From the IMG/VR virus record IMGVR_UViG_3300031673_012789: a stretch of DNA of 64,000 nt. The stretch is one strand, 5' to 3'. This document shows positions 46,105-57,335 of this stretch, one piece after another (positions within the stretch are counted from its first letter, which is position 1; the number at the start of each line of letters is the position of its first letter). Origin of the DNA: a virus. The notes beneath the pieces were generated by a model. That model was not told the DNA's origin. It saw only the letters and a list, made by a program, of their open reading frames with translations, and did no database searches. Both the position numbers and the translations under genes were made by a program.

Positions 46105-46521
46105 TTATTTCTGATTTATCATTTTTTCAAAATCCTGTAATTCTTTTTGCATTAAATCTGGATAAAATTCTAATGCATCATAAATAGATTTTTTGTCAAC
46201 TCTCATTTTTTTAACGTACTCATCTATTAATTTTCCACTTATATTAATTTTCCTTTCTTTTGCTTCCTTAGCTTTCTTAACACCTTTTGTATACATCCAC
46301 CCCGGAGTTCTATTATACTGTTTTCTCATAAATTGCTGCCAAAAATCTACAACTCCTGCTTGATTTATTTTAAGATGTTGAAGTGCATTGGCTTGCATTG
46401 GAAATTGAATAGCAAAACGGCGATTACACATAAAAAATTGTTTTCTCTTTTCACCGGGAGTTATATCTTGCCATTCGCCTGGTCGTTCAAAAAGTATTTT
46501 AGTAAACTCAAATAACTCCAT
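46105..46521 (-). CDS. hypothetical protein (138 aa)
   Basis: ORF track. Confidence 0.4.
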   Translation of the reverse strand: MELFEFTKILFERPGEWQDITPGEKRKQFFMCNRRFAIQFPMQANALQHLKINQAGVVDFWQQFMRKQYNRTPGWMYTKGVKKAKEAKERKINISGKLIDEYVKKMRVDKKSIYDALEFYPDLMQKELQDFEKMINQK

Positions 46522-46565
46522 ACCAATATTTTGAATATATTATATGAACAAGAAGTCCAAAAGTT

Positions 46566-47048
46566 TTATTCCCAGGGTAATTTAACATGAGGTACAGAAG
46601 TTGCTAAATCATCAACTTGTTTTTCAACTTCTTCCATTTCTTCAGTTTTAAATACAGGTGTTGCCTCTTCTGCATAATCATCATATTGTACCGGTTCTAC
46701 ACTTGGATATGGTGCAGATTCAGAATGGCCAAATGGACTAGATTCCCCACTTGTCCTTTTAACTTTTTCATAAATCTTCTTAACGTCATTAAGAATATTT
46801 GAAGCTTCCTGAAGATGTTTTGATTCAAAGGTACTTCCAACATTTACTTTCCTGATTACGAAAAGAGAGGGTTTGTTATTTACATATTGAATAAATTCCC
46901 ATTCATTGGAAACTTCAATACCGGCAATAAGTTCTTTAAGGAGTTCTCTAACATCTTTGAAATTCTTTCCTTCAAGTTTTTTACATGCAGGTATTACGTT
47001 ATATAATTCCTGAATGTCTAACACTAAAGTTTTTGTATTACTACTCAT
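46566..47048 (-). CDS. hypothetical protein (160 aa)
   Basis: ORF track. Confidence 0.4.
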   Translation of the reverse strand: MSSNTKTLVLDIQELYNVIPACKKLEGKNFKDVRELLKELIAGIEVSNEWEFIQYVNNKPSLFVIRKVNVGSTFESKHLQEASNILNDVKKIYEKVKRTSGESSPFGHSESAPYPSVEPVQYDDYAEEATPVFKTEEMEEVEKQVDDLATSVPHVKLPWE

Positions 47049-47060
47049 AATTGTATGTTT

Positions 47061-48263
47061 TTAAAATAATTGTTTGTTACTTGATAATCTATCAATTTCT
47101 TTAAAAATGCTTGATTCTGTTCCTTTTCCAGTTCCACCTTGTTTTTCTTTTACATATCGTGTTCCTTGCAACATTGTATTCATATTTACACCGGAAATAT
47201 CTGGTCTTGGGCGAACCAATTGGTCTTGTTTAAGTTCCTCAAATTTTTCTACTATTTCTTCTGGAAATAAAGTTTTGTCTAAGACAACTAATTTAATTTG
47301 CCTCATTAATCTGTCTTCTATTTTCCAAGGAGGAGATTGTTTTGCAGCTTTACGAATGCCTTGTATAACTTTATCTTTTCGTTCCATTAAATCATAATGG
47401 TCAACTGATTCTCCTGGAGAATTTTTAAGTGATTCATAAAGTTTTTCAAATTTAGCATTAGTGAAACGAACTTCTTTATCTTCACCAGCTGCTGTTTTAG
47501 TCATCCAAGTATAAATAGCTGGAATATTATCACCATCATCACCACAGAACACCTTTTTCATTGCGATAAGGAGTCCATTAGTTTCTTCAACTCGTACATC
47601 CTCAGTGTCCCTGATACGCTTAAAATCACCTTTGTCTACATCAATAGCTGCGTTCATATTCCAAATATCCGCTACTTCCGTTTCATTAAGCCACTCATTA
47701 AAATATTTAGGGGAGACATATAATTTCCTTGCAGCATTTTTACCTTGTTTGAAAGGATTAAAAACAGTAGCAAATTTTCTTTTACCATCATCGCCTACAG
47801 TTGCAGAAACTAATTGACGAATATCTTCATCGCCAGAAACTAAAATAACATGTTGTTGTTGGTTGAAAAGTAATTCATCTCTCCACATTGCAATGATATC
47901 ATCAGCTTCAGCATTTGGAATAGAAGTAACAATCATTCCATTATCCACCATAATTTCAAGGAATTCATCCATGATATGATAAATATTATCCCAATTAATA
48001 TGTGCAGCTGATTTACGGTGACCTTTATACCCTTCATTTTCCTCAATGGAAATATTTTTACGCCAAGAACGGTCATCCTTAGCAAATATAATTCTTGAAG
48101 GATTGATAAGACGAACTAAAAAAGAAATATCCATAGCAATTTTTCTCATTAATTCATCAGTTTCTCTTTGGGAATCAAATGTATATTGCTTTGAACCAAA
48201 ACCTCCTAACACAAACATACTCCTAAAAAGCATGTTGTTCATATCGAATACTAAATTAGTCAT
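47061..48263 (-). CDS. 5'-3' exonuclease / flap endonuclease (T4 RNase H-like)
   Basis: N-terminal LVFDMNNMLFRS (FEN N-domain) and VSGDEDIRQLV (the GDxD..QL motif of 5' nucleases). Confidence 0.6.
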   Translation of the reverse strand: MTNLVFDMNNMLFRSMFVLGGFGSKQYTFDSQRETDELMRKIAMDISFLVRLINPSRIIFAKDDRSWRKNISIEENEGYKGHRKSAAHINWDNIYHIMDEFLEIMVDNGMIVTSIPNAEADDIIAMWRDELLFNQQQHVILVSGDEDIRQLVSATVGDDGKRKFATVFNPFKQGKNAARKLYVSPKYFNEWLNETEVADIWNMNAAIDVDKGDFKRIRDTEDVRVEETNGLLIAMKKVFCGDDGDNIPAIYTWMTKTAAGEDKEVRFTNAKFEKLYESLKNSPGESVDHYDLMERKDKVIQGIRKAAKQSPPWKIEDRLMRQIKLVVLDKTLFPEEIVEKFEELKQDQLVRPRPDISGVNMNTMLQGTRYVKEKQGGTGKGTESSIFKEIDRLSSNKQLF

Positions 48264-48451
48264 ATATTTTTATAATTTTAAGGTATCTGTATTTGTATCT
48301 GTATAATAAATTTGAGTAACAAATCGATTTAGATTTCCACTTAATTTAATTTTAAAAATAGAAATATTTGAATTCCTTTTAAACCATTCGTTCATCTTAT
48401 CTTCAGTTACTTTTTCATTTCCAGAACTTTGTGAGAATATTTTTACTTTCA

Positions 48452-48901
48452 TTATAATAAATTTAAGTGTCCTGTTATTTTATCAATTTTATCTGGATCA
48501 TCTGGACCAATAGCACAACAAGTTATAGTAACTTCTCCTCCAAATTCAGTTAATCCTTTATCTTCAATAAGTGCACAAGGAATACTCATTGCTTTAGCTT
48601 TTCTATATACTTCTACACATTCACTAAGAGATTCAGCTCCAACTACAATTTTCTTAAATGAAGAATTTATCCATTGAAACATTGGTTCATCAAAATGTAA
48701 TTTAATTTCGGCAGTCATAATATGCTCACTATTTTTATCTACTACCCATTCTCTTTTTGTATGAGGTCCTAAAAATGCTTCTAGTAATACAGCTAAAGAA
48801 GCATGAGCACCTTGGGCAATCATCTTTCCCTTCCTCATATTGAGGTCTTTACGCATCACTATTACTTGTTTAGGTTCACTCATAATACTTAATATAACCA
48901 A
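48452..48901 (-). CDS. peptidyl-tRNA hydrolase, PTH2 (archaeal/eukaryotic type)
   Basis: VIVMRKDLNMRKGKMIAQGAHAS closely matches the PTRH2 core ([23 protein letters not shown]). Confidence 0.7.
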   Translation of the reverse strand: MVILSIMSEPKQVIVMRKDLNMRKGKMIAQGAHASLAVLLEAFLGPHTKREWVVDKNSEHIMTAEIKLHFDEPMFQWINSSFKKIVVGAESLSECVEVYRKAKAMSIPCALIEDKGLTEFGGEVTITCCAIGPDDPDKIDKITGHLNLL

Positions 48902-49592
48902 AATTATTGGGATAAAAAAATTCTAGAATATTAAATTTCTGTTAAGAAAGCATCATACCTTTAGGTTTCTCTTCATAGAGAATATATGTGACTACATCTC
49001 TATTTTCAATACCAGTTCCATTTACAGAAATTATATTGATCCCTTCATTTTCTTTTAACCATGATTGAATATCACCATCAACACCCGATAAATTGGCACT
49101 ATAAATTGCTTTTATTTTTCTCATAATCTATCTCCTTCATTAAAAATAGTAGCCCATTCAGGATCTACTAAAAGTTCTTTGTATAAACCTGATTCTTTTT
49201 TGACATAAAAATGATATTCATACGGATTTTTTAGAGTATCAACTTCTATTTTTAAAATAGTTGAGTTAACATTTCTATTTAAATTATCATATTTTACTTG
49301 ATCTTCCGAAGTACAAGCGGCAATTAATAAACTTGAAAAGAATACGAATATTCCTAGAGTATATCCGAAGTTTTTAAAAAATTTTTTCATATCTTTGCTT
49401 CTTTAGTTATTTCAGGGTATTCCATTTTTGCTACTCTTCCAGGATAAGTTATGTTATCTACTTCTAAATCTACTACAATAGCTCCACAATCTTGACACCA
49501 CTTGACTACTTCCCACGTTCCATCCCAATCATGTTGAGAATTATAAATAGGTTTAAGATTGTGTTCTCCTGTTTTTATACAATCTGGTATTT

Positions 49593-50543
49593 TCATTTTA
49601 ATATTGTTTGAATTTTAAACACACATGATAACAAAGTTATAAGTGGATCAATAACCATAGTTCTTTGAGCCTGATGTTCAGCCACTGCAATTATAATAAG
49701 AGGAACTTTATCTATTTTTGATGGAGCATTACTTTTAATATATTCCACAAGGTCTACACCTAATGCATTAAGAGTATCATCTATCCTTGATGAATATTCA
49801 CTAACAATAAGTTTGTAGTTTTCATAAGGTTTTTCTGGTCCAGCTAAACAAAGTTTAAATAAATCAACATAATCAAAATTGATATTAAAGTTCTTTGCAT
49901 TTAATTCTTTTATACCTTGAAGATAAAATGATTGAATTTTATTCATAAGACTTCTCATATCTGGAAAATCATTACGAATAAACTTATCTAGTATTTCATC
50001 AGTATAAGTAATTTTGGCTGCGTTTAAGATCGCCCCAACTCTTTTCTTATACTCTTCAATAATATAAGTCTCCTCTTCATTATTTAATGAGTCATAAGAA
50101 ATACAATTAAATCGAGATTGTACAGGATCTGGAACCTTTTGAATATAATTACAAGATGCTATAAACCTAGCAACATTTGCATACTTCTCCATTACAGCTC
50201 TTAAAGCTTTAAAGAATTCTTCTGTTGCACCATCAACCTCATCCAATATAACACATTTAAGTTTCTCTCTTCCTCCTTCCAATGAAATTGAAGAACAGAA
50301 TTTTCCAATTCTTTCTCTAATTACATCAATACCACGTTCAGATGATGCATTAATGTACAATGTAGTATGTGGTTCTGATAAAATAAATAATGTTGAAGTT
50401 TTTCCTGTACCCGCAGATCCATACAATAAAAGATTTTGGACTAATCCCTTATTTAATTCATTTTTTATACGTGGTGGGGCTATAAGTTGTCCCAAGTTTT
50501 TGGGACGGAATTTCTCCGTAAATAGCTGATCTATTGTACTCAT
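49593..50543 (-). CDS. clamp-loader AAA+ ATPase subunit (T4 gp44 / RFC small-subunit-like)
   Basis: Walker A LLYGSAGTGKTS. Walker B VILDEVD. 316 aa like gp44. Confidence 0.65.
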   Translation of the reverse strand: MSTIDQLFTEKFRPKNLGQLIAPPRIKNELNKGLVQNLLLYGSAGTGKTSTLFILSEPHTTLYINASSERGIDVIRERIGKFCSSISLEGGREKLKCVILDEVDGATEEFFKALRAVMEKYANVARFIASCNYIQKVPDPVQSRFNCISYDSLNNEEETYIIEEYKKRVGAILNAAKITYTDEILDKFIRNDFPDMRSLMNKIQSFYLQGIKELNAKNFNINFDYVDLFKLCLAGPEKPYENYKLIVSEYSSRIDDTLNALGVDLVEYIKSNAPSKIDKVPLIIIAVAEHQAQRTMVIDPLITLLSCVFKIQTILK

Positions 50544-50585
50544 TTATTCTTTTTGTTTATATGTATATATGTACCAATGGTTTTC

Positions 50586-51005
50586 TTATCCAAATAAGAA
50601 AATTAATTGATCACCATCAGCAAAAATCTTTCTTCCTTTGTAAATACCACCGAACATTTTCTTAACTGCATTAGTAACAGAAGATCCGGCTCCTTTTAAT
50701 GTGTAAACAATTGCTGGACCAGTCCAAATAACATCTTTAGCCTTTTCATCTGACCCATGGAACATTGTAAATCTTGAGGACACATCAATTTTTTTATTTT
50801 CAAACTTATCACTCATAACCTTTTGGACATATTGTGCCATAAGCTGTTCAATTCCTGGCCAGTTATCTTTCCACCAATTAAAATTATTATCTAGTGTATT
50901 GATAGCAGACTCAACGTATGGAAATTGATCTTCGGTGCTATTTTGAAAAATAATTCCATTTACTTCTCTAGCATCTTCAGTTATAAGTTTGACTTTAATT
51001 TTCAT
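50586..51005 (-). CDS. hypothetical protein (139 aa)
   Basis: ORF track. Confidence 0.4.
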   Translation of the reverse strand: MKIKVKLITEDAREVNGIIFQNSTEDQFPYVESAINTLDNNFNWWKDNWPGIEQLMAQYVQKVMSDKFENKKIDVSSRFTMFHGSDEKAKDVIWTGPAIVYTLKGAGSSVTNAVKKMFGGIYKGRKIFADGDQLIFLFG

Positions 51006-51495
51006 CGATATGTTTTATTTTATTTATTCATCTAATAACTTCATAGGATTCCCGATTCTCCACCTATTGCATTCTATTCCTTGGCCCATTATATCCAAGT
51101 GTTATAGGGTTGCTACCTGTTGAATGCAGCAATTTATTGATCGTATCTGCACTTAGTTACTAGCATTCAATTTCGATGATGGTGCCATCATCTAATTGAA
51201 CAGTGGCAATATTATCTTTCCACTCTTTTATTATTCCTTCAAATTTTTCACCTTTACGGTTTGGCCACCAAACTCTTTCACCTTTAAGACACATGTAGTC
51301 TATTTGTCTAAGATATTTTTTCATATTATATATTTGTTAAATACCATAAGGCCATTTCATGATCTTTTTCTGGTATATTTGAAAAATCATATACACCTTC
51401 TAAATGAATCTTTCTTTTACCTAAAGATACCACTTTTCTAACGGTAACTTTAGAAGAACCTTGAACGGTAAATTTATTTGTATTATCAAATGTTA

Positions 51496-52044
51496 TCATA
51501 TCAAATAATTTTGAAATTTCTCAACTGCCATTTCTATTCTTTCATCATGGTTAAAAGCCCATTGTTTTCCACCTTGAAATACTTCAGATATTTCCATCCA
51601 TTTCACTTGACTTATTTCTTTATCTTTAAATTGTTCAACTTCTCTTGGAAGTTTCATAAACTCATAAATAAAAATATATGTTAATGAAACATTTTGTTTT
51701 GCATCTGTTGTTGGATCAGTATGAGTATAAAATGGTTGCCCATCATTATCAAATACTAAATCCTTTTTATGATCAGGAATATGAAAAGAAGTTTCCTCAT
51801 AAGTTTCTCTTATAATACCTTCCATACCATTTTCATCCCAATCCATATATCCCGAAACAACTGCCCATTTGTTGGGTTCGTCCATCATCGCTGATCTTTT
51901 TTCAGTCAATACATAAATATTATCACTATTATATTCGGTAGCGAGTATAACAGCAACAATAGCTGGAGAACGAGATAACCAAACTTTTCGACCATCTTTC
52001 AATTCTACTTCTTCGTTTCCTCTATTTTTAAATGTGGGTTTCAT
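51496..52044 (-). CDS. NUDIX hydrolase
   Basis: Nudix box GMEGIIRETYEETS (GX5EX7REUXEEXGU). Confidence 0.7.
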   Translation of the reverse strand: MKPTFKNRGNEEVELKDGRKVWLSRSPAIVAVILATEYNSDNIYVLTEKRSAMMDEPNKWAVVSGYMDWDENGMEGIIRETYEETSFHIPDHKKDLVFDNDGQPFYTHTDPTTDAKQNVSLTYIFIYEFMKLPREVEQFKDKEISQVKWMEISEVFQGGKQWAFNHDERIEMAVEKFQNYLI

Positions 52045-52337
52045 ATTTTATATATTACTAACTTATTTAAAGAGTTATTGGTTTTTGGGTAACATCTAGA
52101 TCCTCGGCTTCTAAAAGTTTAGTGTAATGAGCAAAAGCATTATGCAGCAATTCACTTGACTCATAATGTAAATATGCGGGCTTAGTTTTTCCATAATAAG
52201 CGATTATCAAAGAAAATGCAGCCCCGAAATCTTCGGTTTTAGGTCTATCTCGATGTATATATACCGAATACGCTCCTGTAAGATTTATAAGTTCTTCAGC
52301 TTGTAAATCATGATACCATTTGTCTTGTTTTTCCATT

Positions 52338-52592
52338 TTATGTAAGTTTTATCATTTGTGATACATCTTTTGATTCTATAAGAAATAATACTCTTTCATG
52401 ATAAAGTTTAAAATCTTCTTCTTCTTTAAAATCCCATGTGGCATCAGCTCCATCCATCATTCTAAAATAAAGTTTATGATATGCATCATTATTCCACACA
52501 TGAACATATAATACTTTATCTAAATTTATCGGTTCTCCAAAATCACCTGCATCCTTTAAAACTTCTCTGTCACTAACATGTATAAAATTCAT
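52338..52592 (-). CDS. hypothetical protein, tandem paralogue A (MNFIH...)
   Basis: Shares N-terminus MNFIH and the motif W(D/Y)F with the adjacent 52596..52838 product. Confidence 0.4.
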   Translation of the reverse strand: MNFIHVSDREVLKDAGDFGEPINLDKVLYVHVWNNDAYHKLYFRMMDGADATWDFKEEEDFKLYHERVLFLIESKDVSQMIKLT

Positions 52593-52595
52593 AGT

Positions 52596-52838
52596 TTAAA
52601 GTTTTACTGTATCATTAATATTCTTTGACCCTAATTCATTTTTTATATTCTCGAAAGTAAGCTTTACTAATTCCTTTTCTTTAACAGGAAAATACCAGGC
52701 TGCCAATTCCTTTCCATATTTTGTATAAAAAGTTATAGAATGCTCGTAATTATCAGTTCTTACAAAGTGTTTAACCATTGCAACACATTCTAAATCAACA
52801 GGATGATGTCTTTGTTCAGGTCCGTGTATAAAATTCAT
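52596..52838 (-). CDS. hypothetical protein, tandem paralogue B (MNFIH...)
   Basis: See paralogue A. Confidence 0.4.
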   Translation of the reverse strand: MNFIHGPEQRHHPVDLECVAMVKHFVRTDNYEHSITFYTKYGKELAAWYFPVKEKELVKLTFENIKNELGSKNINDTVKL

Positions 52839-52868
52839 TTGCTTTAAGTGTTAAAAACAACTGAGGCC

Positions 52869-53966
52869 TTATTGGTACCTCAGCTGTCTGATTGCTATTA
52901 ATAATGTATTAACTAAATCTGCATCAACCTTGTTTGGAAGATCAGAATTATTAAACAATTCATCAAGGCCTTCAATTTTTTCTTCAGCTTCATAAAGAAG
53001 CTTGTGATAATCATATTCACCTTTGCGAATTGCCATTAGAGTTTCAATTTCTTCAGGAGGTCTACGAACAATAATTTCTCCATTAGCAATTTCAGTTGCC
53101 ATGTTCAATAGACGGAAAGTATGCATCATGTTTTTTGAGTCATAATTCTTTCCATGTTCCTTGTTCATCTTAAAACGATCTTCATTTCTGTTTTCCAACC
53201 ATTCCTTATATTCTGCATATCTCTTGCAATGAGTTGAATAAGCATCCTTGTTAAAAGTTAAGTATGCTTCAACCATTAATCCCTTAAGAATAGAAGTAAG
53301 TTGAACATCATTAGCCTTTTCAATATCTCCAACAATTCCACTTCCTTCGTGTCTTTCCGGAAGTCTGTACAATGCATAAATGTCATGAGCATGGTCAACC
53401 TTCGCAAGACCAAAATCTTGTTGAGTATAAACATTAACAGTATTTTGACTATATTTCTTAAGCCATTCATGAAGAGAAACAGTCCCTCCTCGCTCAAGAA
53501 TATAACAAAAATCAAGAACATTCTTACGAACCATTTGTTCTTCTTCCCAATTAATCTTTTTGTTATATCCTCTTGCCTTCTTAATTTGTCCAATTGCATA
53601 ACCAGCAAATGAGTTCTTACATTGCTTAGTAATAAAATTCTTCTTTTGTTCAAGAATTATATCAAAGATAGGATCTTTATAAACAATACAATCTTCCGGT
53701 GCATTAAGCAATTCAAGAATGTTAGGGTTATTAGTTCTAACTAATTCTAAGAATCTCTTAATTTCATAGAAAACAATATCATTTTTGTTATCGGCAACTT
53801 GATCAACATAACCAAATCCATAGATATCATCCTTTGGTTGAATGTAAATACCCCTGATATCTGTGTCGGAAGTTGGCATGGAAGTTCCATAAGCATGGGA
53901 TCCCATGATTGCCTCAAAAATAATTAAATTTTTTTCTCTTAGTGTATCAATTGTATATTGTCTCAT
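52869..53966 (-). CDS. Pol-beta-superfamily nucleotidyltransferase (possible tRNA nucleotidyltransferase/RNA-repair NTase)
   Basis: IMGSHAYGTSMPTSDTDIRGIY is a GS..G...SDxD NTase-fold signature. Encoded two genes away from a Thg1-like enzyme. Confidence 0.5.
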   Translation of the reverse strand: MRQYTIDTLREKNLIIFEAIMGSHAYGTSMPTSDTDIRGIYIQPKDDIYGFGYVDQVADNKNDIVFYEIKRFLELVRTNNPNILELLNAPEDCIVYKDPIFDIILEQKKNFITKQCKNSFAGYAIGQIKKARGYNKKINWEEEQMVRKNVLDFCYILERGGTVSLHEWLKKYSQNTVNVYTQQDFGLAKVDHAHDIYALYRLPERHEGSGIVGDIEKANDVQLTSILKGLMVEAYLTFNKDAYSTHCKRYAEYKEWLENRNEDRFKMNKEHGKNYDSKNMMHTFRLLNMATEIANGEIIVRRPPEEIETLMAIRKGEYDYHKLLYEAEEKIEGLDELFNNSDLPNKVDADLVNTLLIAIRQLRYQ

Positions 53967-54523
53967 ATTTCTTCTTTAAATGCACTTTGTGTTATAACTC
54001 TTTCTGGATATGTCCATCCTATTCTTTCGTTTCCATCTGAAATAATCCCTATAGGATCGTATTTTCTTGAAGAATCAATTTTAGCCACTGTACATTTCTT
54101 AAATTCTTTCCAATGAGAATAAGAATGTACTCTAATAACTCTCATTCCTACTTCAATATTATATCCTAAAAAATCTTTAAATTCACTCATTTCTTTTTAG
54201 GTTTATATTCTTTAGGAAAGTTATCTAAATCTATAATAGGTTTAGACAATGCTTCTTTAATTAAATCTATAGTTCCAATAAGATCATCGAGATCATCCCA
54301 ATTTCCTAGAGTATTTTTACTACTCGTGTGCATATGCGGTTTTCCATCTTCATCATAATAAACTTCCTCAATAGAAAACAATCTTTGGTCTTTATTTTCT
54401 GATAATTTAGAGTTATTAGCAAACGCTTTTTTATAAGAGAAAACATGCGTACATATTCTATAATTCCAGCTCATTTCTATGTTTTAAAATTAAAATATAA
54501 CTAAAATAATCGACACGAAAAAA

Positions 54524-55279
54524 TTATTCGTAAATTATTTTAGGAATTAAATCTGAAAGAATTTGTCTTTCTTTTAAGAAATCTAGTGTTTCTATTATCC
54601 AATTACCATTAACTGCTTTTACTATTGTTCTACCTCTTTTAAATCCATCAGGTAAATCATTCCAATTTTCTCCTTTAGTATGAATCATTTCATGCATATC
54701 AGATTGTGACTTGCTATGTAACTCTTTATGTGAAAATAATGATTGTGCATGCATTGATAATGAGTTTCTAACAGCATCCTTTTGTCTCCAAACAAAATAG
54801 TTTTCAACTTCAACAGGGTCTGGAATAGTAAAGACTCTTGCATCAAATAATGCTAATGGTTGTGATGCCATAGTAAATATAGTATCGGCAATATCTATAT
54901 CTCTACCACTTATTATCTGCCCAAGCATTTCCTGGTTGAACTTTGCAGCTGCCATTGAAGCAGAAACAGAAACCATTTTCTGAACTTGGCCATCAAACCA
55001 AGCATCAGTTGTAATCTTAGTAAAGTCAGTTAACAACAATGAAATTTCATCTGATTGGACATATGCCAACTCGCATCCTTGAATTTCTTCACACAAGAAT
55101 TTAGCAGTGTTATCCATTGCTGCCATAAACTTTTTGTCATAAGGTCTATCCATACCTCTTGTAAAAGTGTGAAACGCTTTACCATCAAGCCTAATAATCG
55201 TATATGTTCTGCGAGGAAGAAAAGTACGAGTCCTTTGCTCATATTGTGTCTTCATCCTTGTTCCTAAATCATCTTTCAT
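54524..55279 (-). CDS. Thg1-like protein (tRNA-His guanylyltransferase / 3'-5' polymerase family)
   Basis: IIRLDGKAFHTF and VQSDEISLLLTDF align with the Thg1 catalytic motifs (vRiDGknFhkF; fgeSDEySFil). Confidence 0.7.
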   Translation of the reverse strand: MKDDLGTRMKTQYEQRTRTFLPRRTYTIIRLDGKAFHTFTRGMDRPYDKKFMAAMDNTAKFLCEEIQGCELAYVQSDEISLLLTDFTKITTDAWFDGQVQKMVSVSASMAAAKFNQEMLGQIISGRDIDIADTIFTMASQPLALFDARVFTIPDPVEVENYFVWRQKDAVRNSLSMHAQSLFSHKELHSKSQSDMHEMIHTKGENWNDLPDGFKRGRTIVKAVNGNWIIETLDFLKERQILSDLIPKIIYE

Positions 55280-55859
55280 TTTCTAAAACTCGTTTAATTT
55301 TTTCATTCACTATTTTATAAGCTCTTAACTTATACTCAATTCTTATATCATTTTTTACATACTCAGGTTGTTTTTTCCAATTATCTCTAACACCTCTTTC
55401 ATATTTCACAATAGAAGATTGTTTCCATGATTCATCATTGAGCATTTTACTTTTTAAGTTGGACATTATGAATTCTTTTACACTTCTAATATCCTTTACA
55501 CTATAATGATAACAATGTTTTTTAATATCACCCCAATATATCGAAGAACCGACTTTTACAATGAACTTTATTATGTTTTGTTTTTCTTTTTTAAGAAATT
55601 CTGTAATTAATTCTCTTTCTTTTAATAACTTATCTAATCTATATTTTTTAGATAGCCTTTTGTAATGTATTATATTATTTTCTATCCATCTTTTGGTAAC
55701 TTCTTTATCATGCCTTCTTTTTTCAGGATCGGAATATCTTTTTTTCTTTTTTTCTTTTTCGCATTCTAAGCATCTTACATGCTTTTGATTATCGTAATGA
55801 TATATTGCATGTTCGGATATTCCATGAAGACCTTTTTTACATTCCCGTTGAATTCTCAT
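55269..55859 (-). CDS. hypothetical basic protein with N-terminal Cys-x2-Cys zinc-ribbon-like motif
   Basis: ORF track. CLECEKEKKKK. Confidence 0.4.
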   Translation of the reverse strand: MRIQRECKKGLHGISEHAIYHYDNQKHVRCLECEKEKKKKRYSDPEKRRHDKEVTKRWIENNIIHYKRLSKKYRLDKLLKERELITEFLKKEKQNIIKFIVKVGSSIYWGDIKKHCYHYSVKDIRSVKEFIMSNLKSKMLNDESWKQSSIVKYERGVRDNWKKQPEYVKNDIRIEYKLRAYKIVNEKIKRVLENER

Positions 55860-56235
55860 TATTCAATTAGTTTTAATTTTTCTAAAGTTTTTTTACAAGC
55901 ATCCAGACTTTCCTGAATTCTTGCATCTACAGTAACAGCTTTAATTGCTGCCATAGTTTCTTCAGACATATTATTAAATGCCCAATACAAAATTTCAAAA
56001 TCCTCTTTCGATCCTGCCATGTATACAGGAGTCCATCCTCCCATATTTTCTGATCCTATTCTACCTATTATCATTTTCTATAATTAAATCTTGTGTGTCT
56101 AATTCGTCTTTTATTCTCTGGTCTGCTTCATCAGCTAATCCTTCTTCATCTAAAAATTCCCATAAGATTCTTAATTGCTCTTCTAACCAAAGCATTTTAG
56201 CATTGTCATTTACAAATACTACGTAATCTCTTTCT

Positions 56236-56784
56236 TTAATCATAAAGATATCTGTTTAATTCCTTTTTAACATTATGTTGAGATTTAAATGCCTCCATTT
56301 CAAAGGGTAGTGAAATGTCATATTTTTCAACTACTCCAGGTTCACCCTTCCAAATATACGTTTTTCCACTTACTTGTAAATCGCCCCGTTCATATTGATC
56401 AATATGAACAAATTCATGAGATAATATTTCTTTTAACTTCTCAAATGCCAATCCTCTTTTAAGTAATATAAGATACTTGTGTTCTCCAAATGGTAATTTT
56501 TGTACAAAACCAAAGAATTCCATTTCCCCTTCATTTGCAACAATTGGAATATAATAAATTTTCAAGTCTAATGTATTAATATCAAACACATCATAAGCCA
56601 ACACCTTTACAATGGTATCGGCTCGATATTCAGTTCCATTTGTGACCATAACAGTCTCAGGAAATGTTCGAACATTAAATGGTCTTGCATCTCTTTTCTT
56701 TTGAATCGTTAAAAGTATAATAATCGCTATTACAGCTAAAACAATTATACCTACTACCCATCCGGCTACTTTTTTATTCTCCAT
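56236..56784 (-). CDS. membrane-anchored putative zinc metallopeptidase
   Basis: N-terminal TM helix. HEFVH (HExxH) motif. Confidence 0.4.
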   Translation of the reverse strand: MENKKVAGWVVGIIVLAVIAIIILLTIQKKRDARPFNVRTFPETVMVTNGTEYRADTIVKVLAYDVFDINTLDLKIYYIPIVANEGEMEFFGFVQKLPFGEHKYLILLKRGLAFEKLKEILSHEFVHIDQYERGDLQVSGKTYIWKGEPGVVEKYDISLPFEMEAFKSQHNVKKELNRYLYD

Positions 56785-57335
56785 GCTACTATATTTTTAA
56801 TATCTACTGAATCTTCCCAAATAAATTGAGATTCTTTTTTCTCTTTATCAGTTTTCGGACATATTTTCCAGTTTGGATTTTCTTTTGTCGGTATTTGAGT
56901 TGGGATTTCCATCCTATGAGTTTCCCAATCCCCTTTGAACTCATCAACCCATTTAATCGTGCCATTTTCAAAAATGACTTTAACAGGCATACCTTCCTCA
57001 GGTTTTTCATGCATATTTCTACACCAATAATCCGGATCATCTAATACATTAGTTAGAACCCAAATCTTAGCTTCGGCTTTGTTAATGCTCTTTCCACCTT
57101 TTCCTGCAACCATTCTCAATGCATCTTCTCCATAAGCATGATATTGTTTATCATCTGGAGCATACACAACAACATGGGGTTCTTTACCATTCTTCTGCAT
57201 TACTCTTCCTATACGCCATTCCTCATTAAATAAATGAATGATTGACACTCCTTTATTTGTAACAGGATATTGGCGTTTAGTTCCATCACTTCTTTCCCAT
57301 TCAAATCCATCCGACTTTTTATATTTCTGCGCCAT
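56766..57335 (-). CDS. hypothetical protein (189 aa)
   Basis: ORF track. Confidence 0.4.
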   Translation of the reverse strand: MAQKYKKSDGFEWERSDGTKRQYPVTNKGVSIIHLFNEEWRIGRVMQKNGKEPHVVVYAPDDKQYHAYGEDALRMVAGKGGKSINKAEAKIWVLTNVLDDPDYWCRNMHEKPEEGMPVKVIFENGTIKWVDEFKGDWETHRMEIPTQIPTKENPNWKICPKTDKEKKESQFIWEDSVDIKNIVAWRIKK

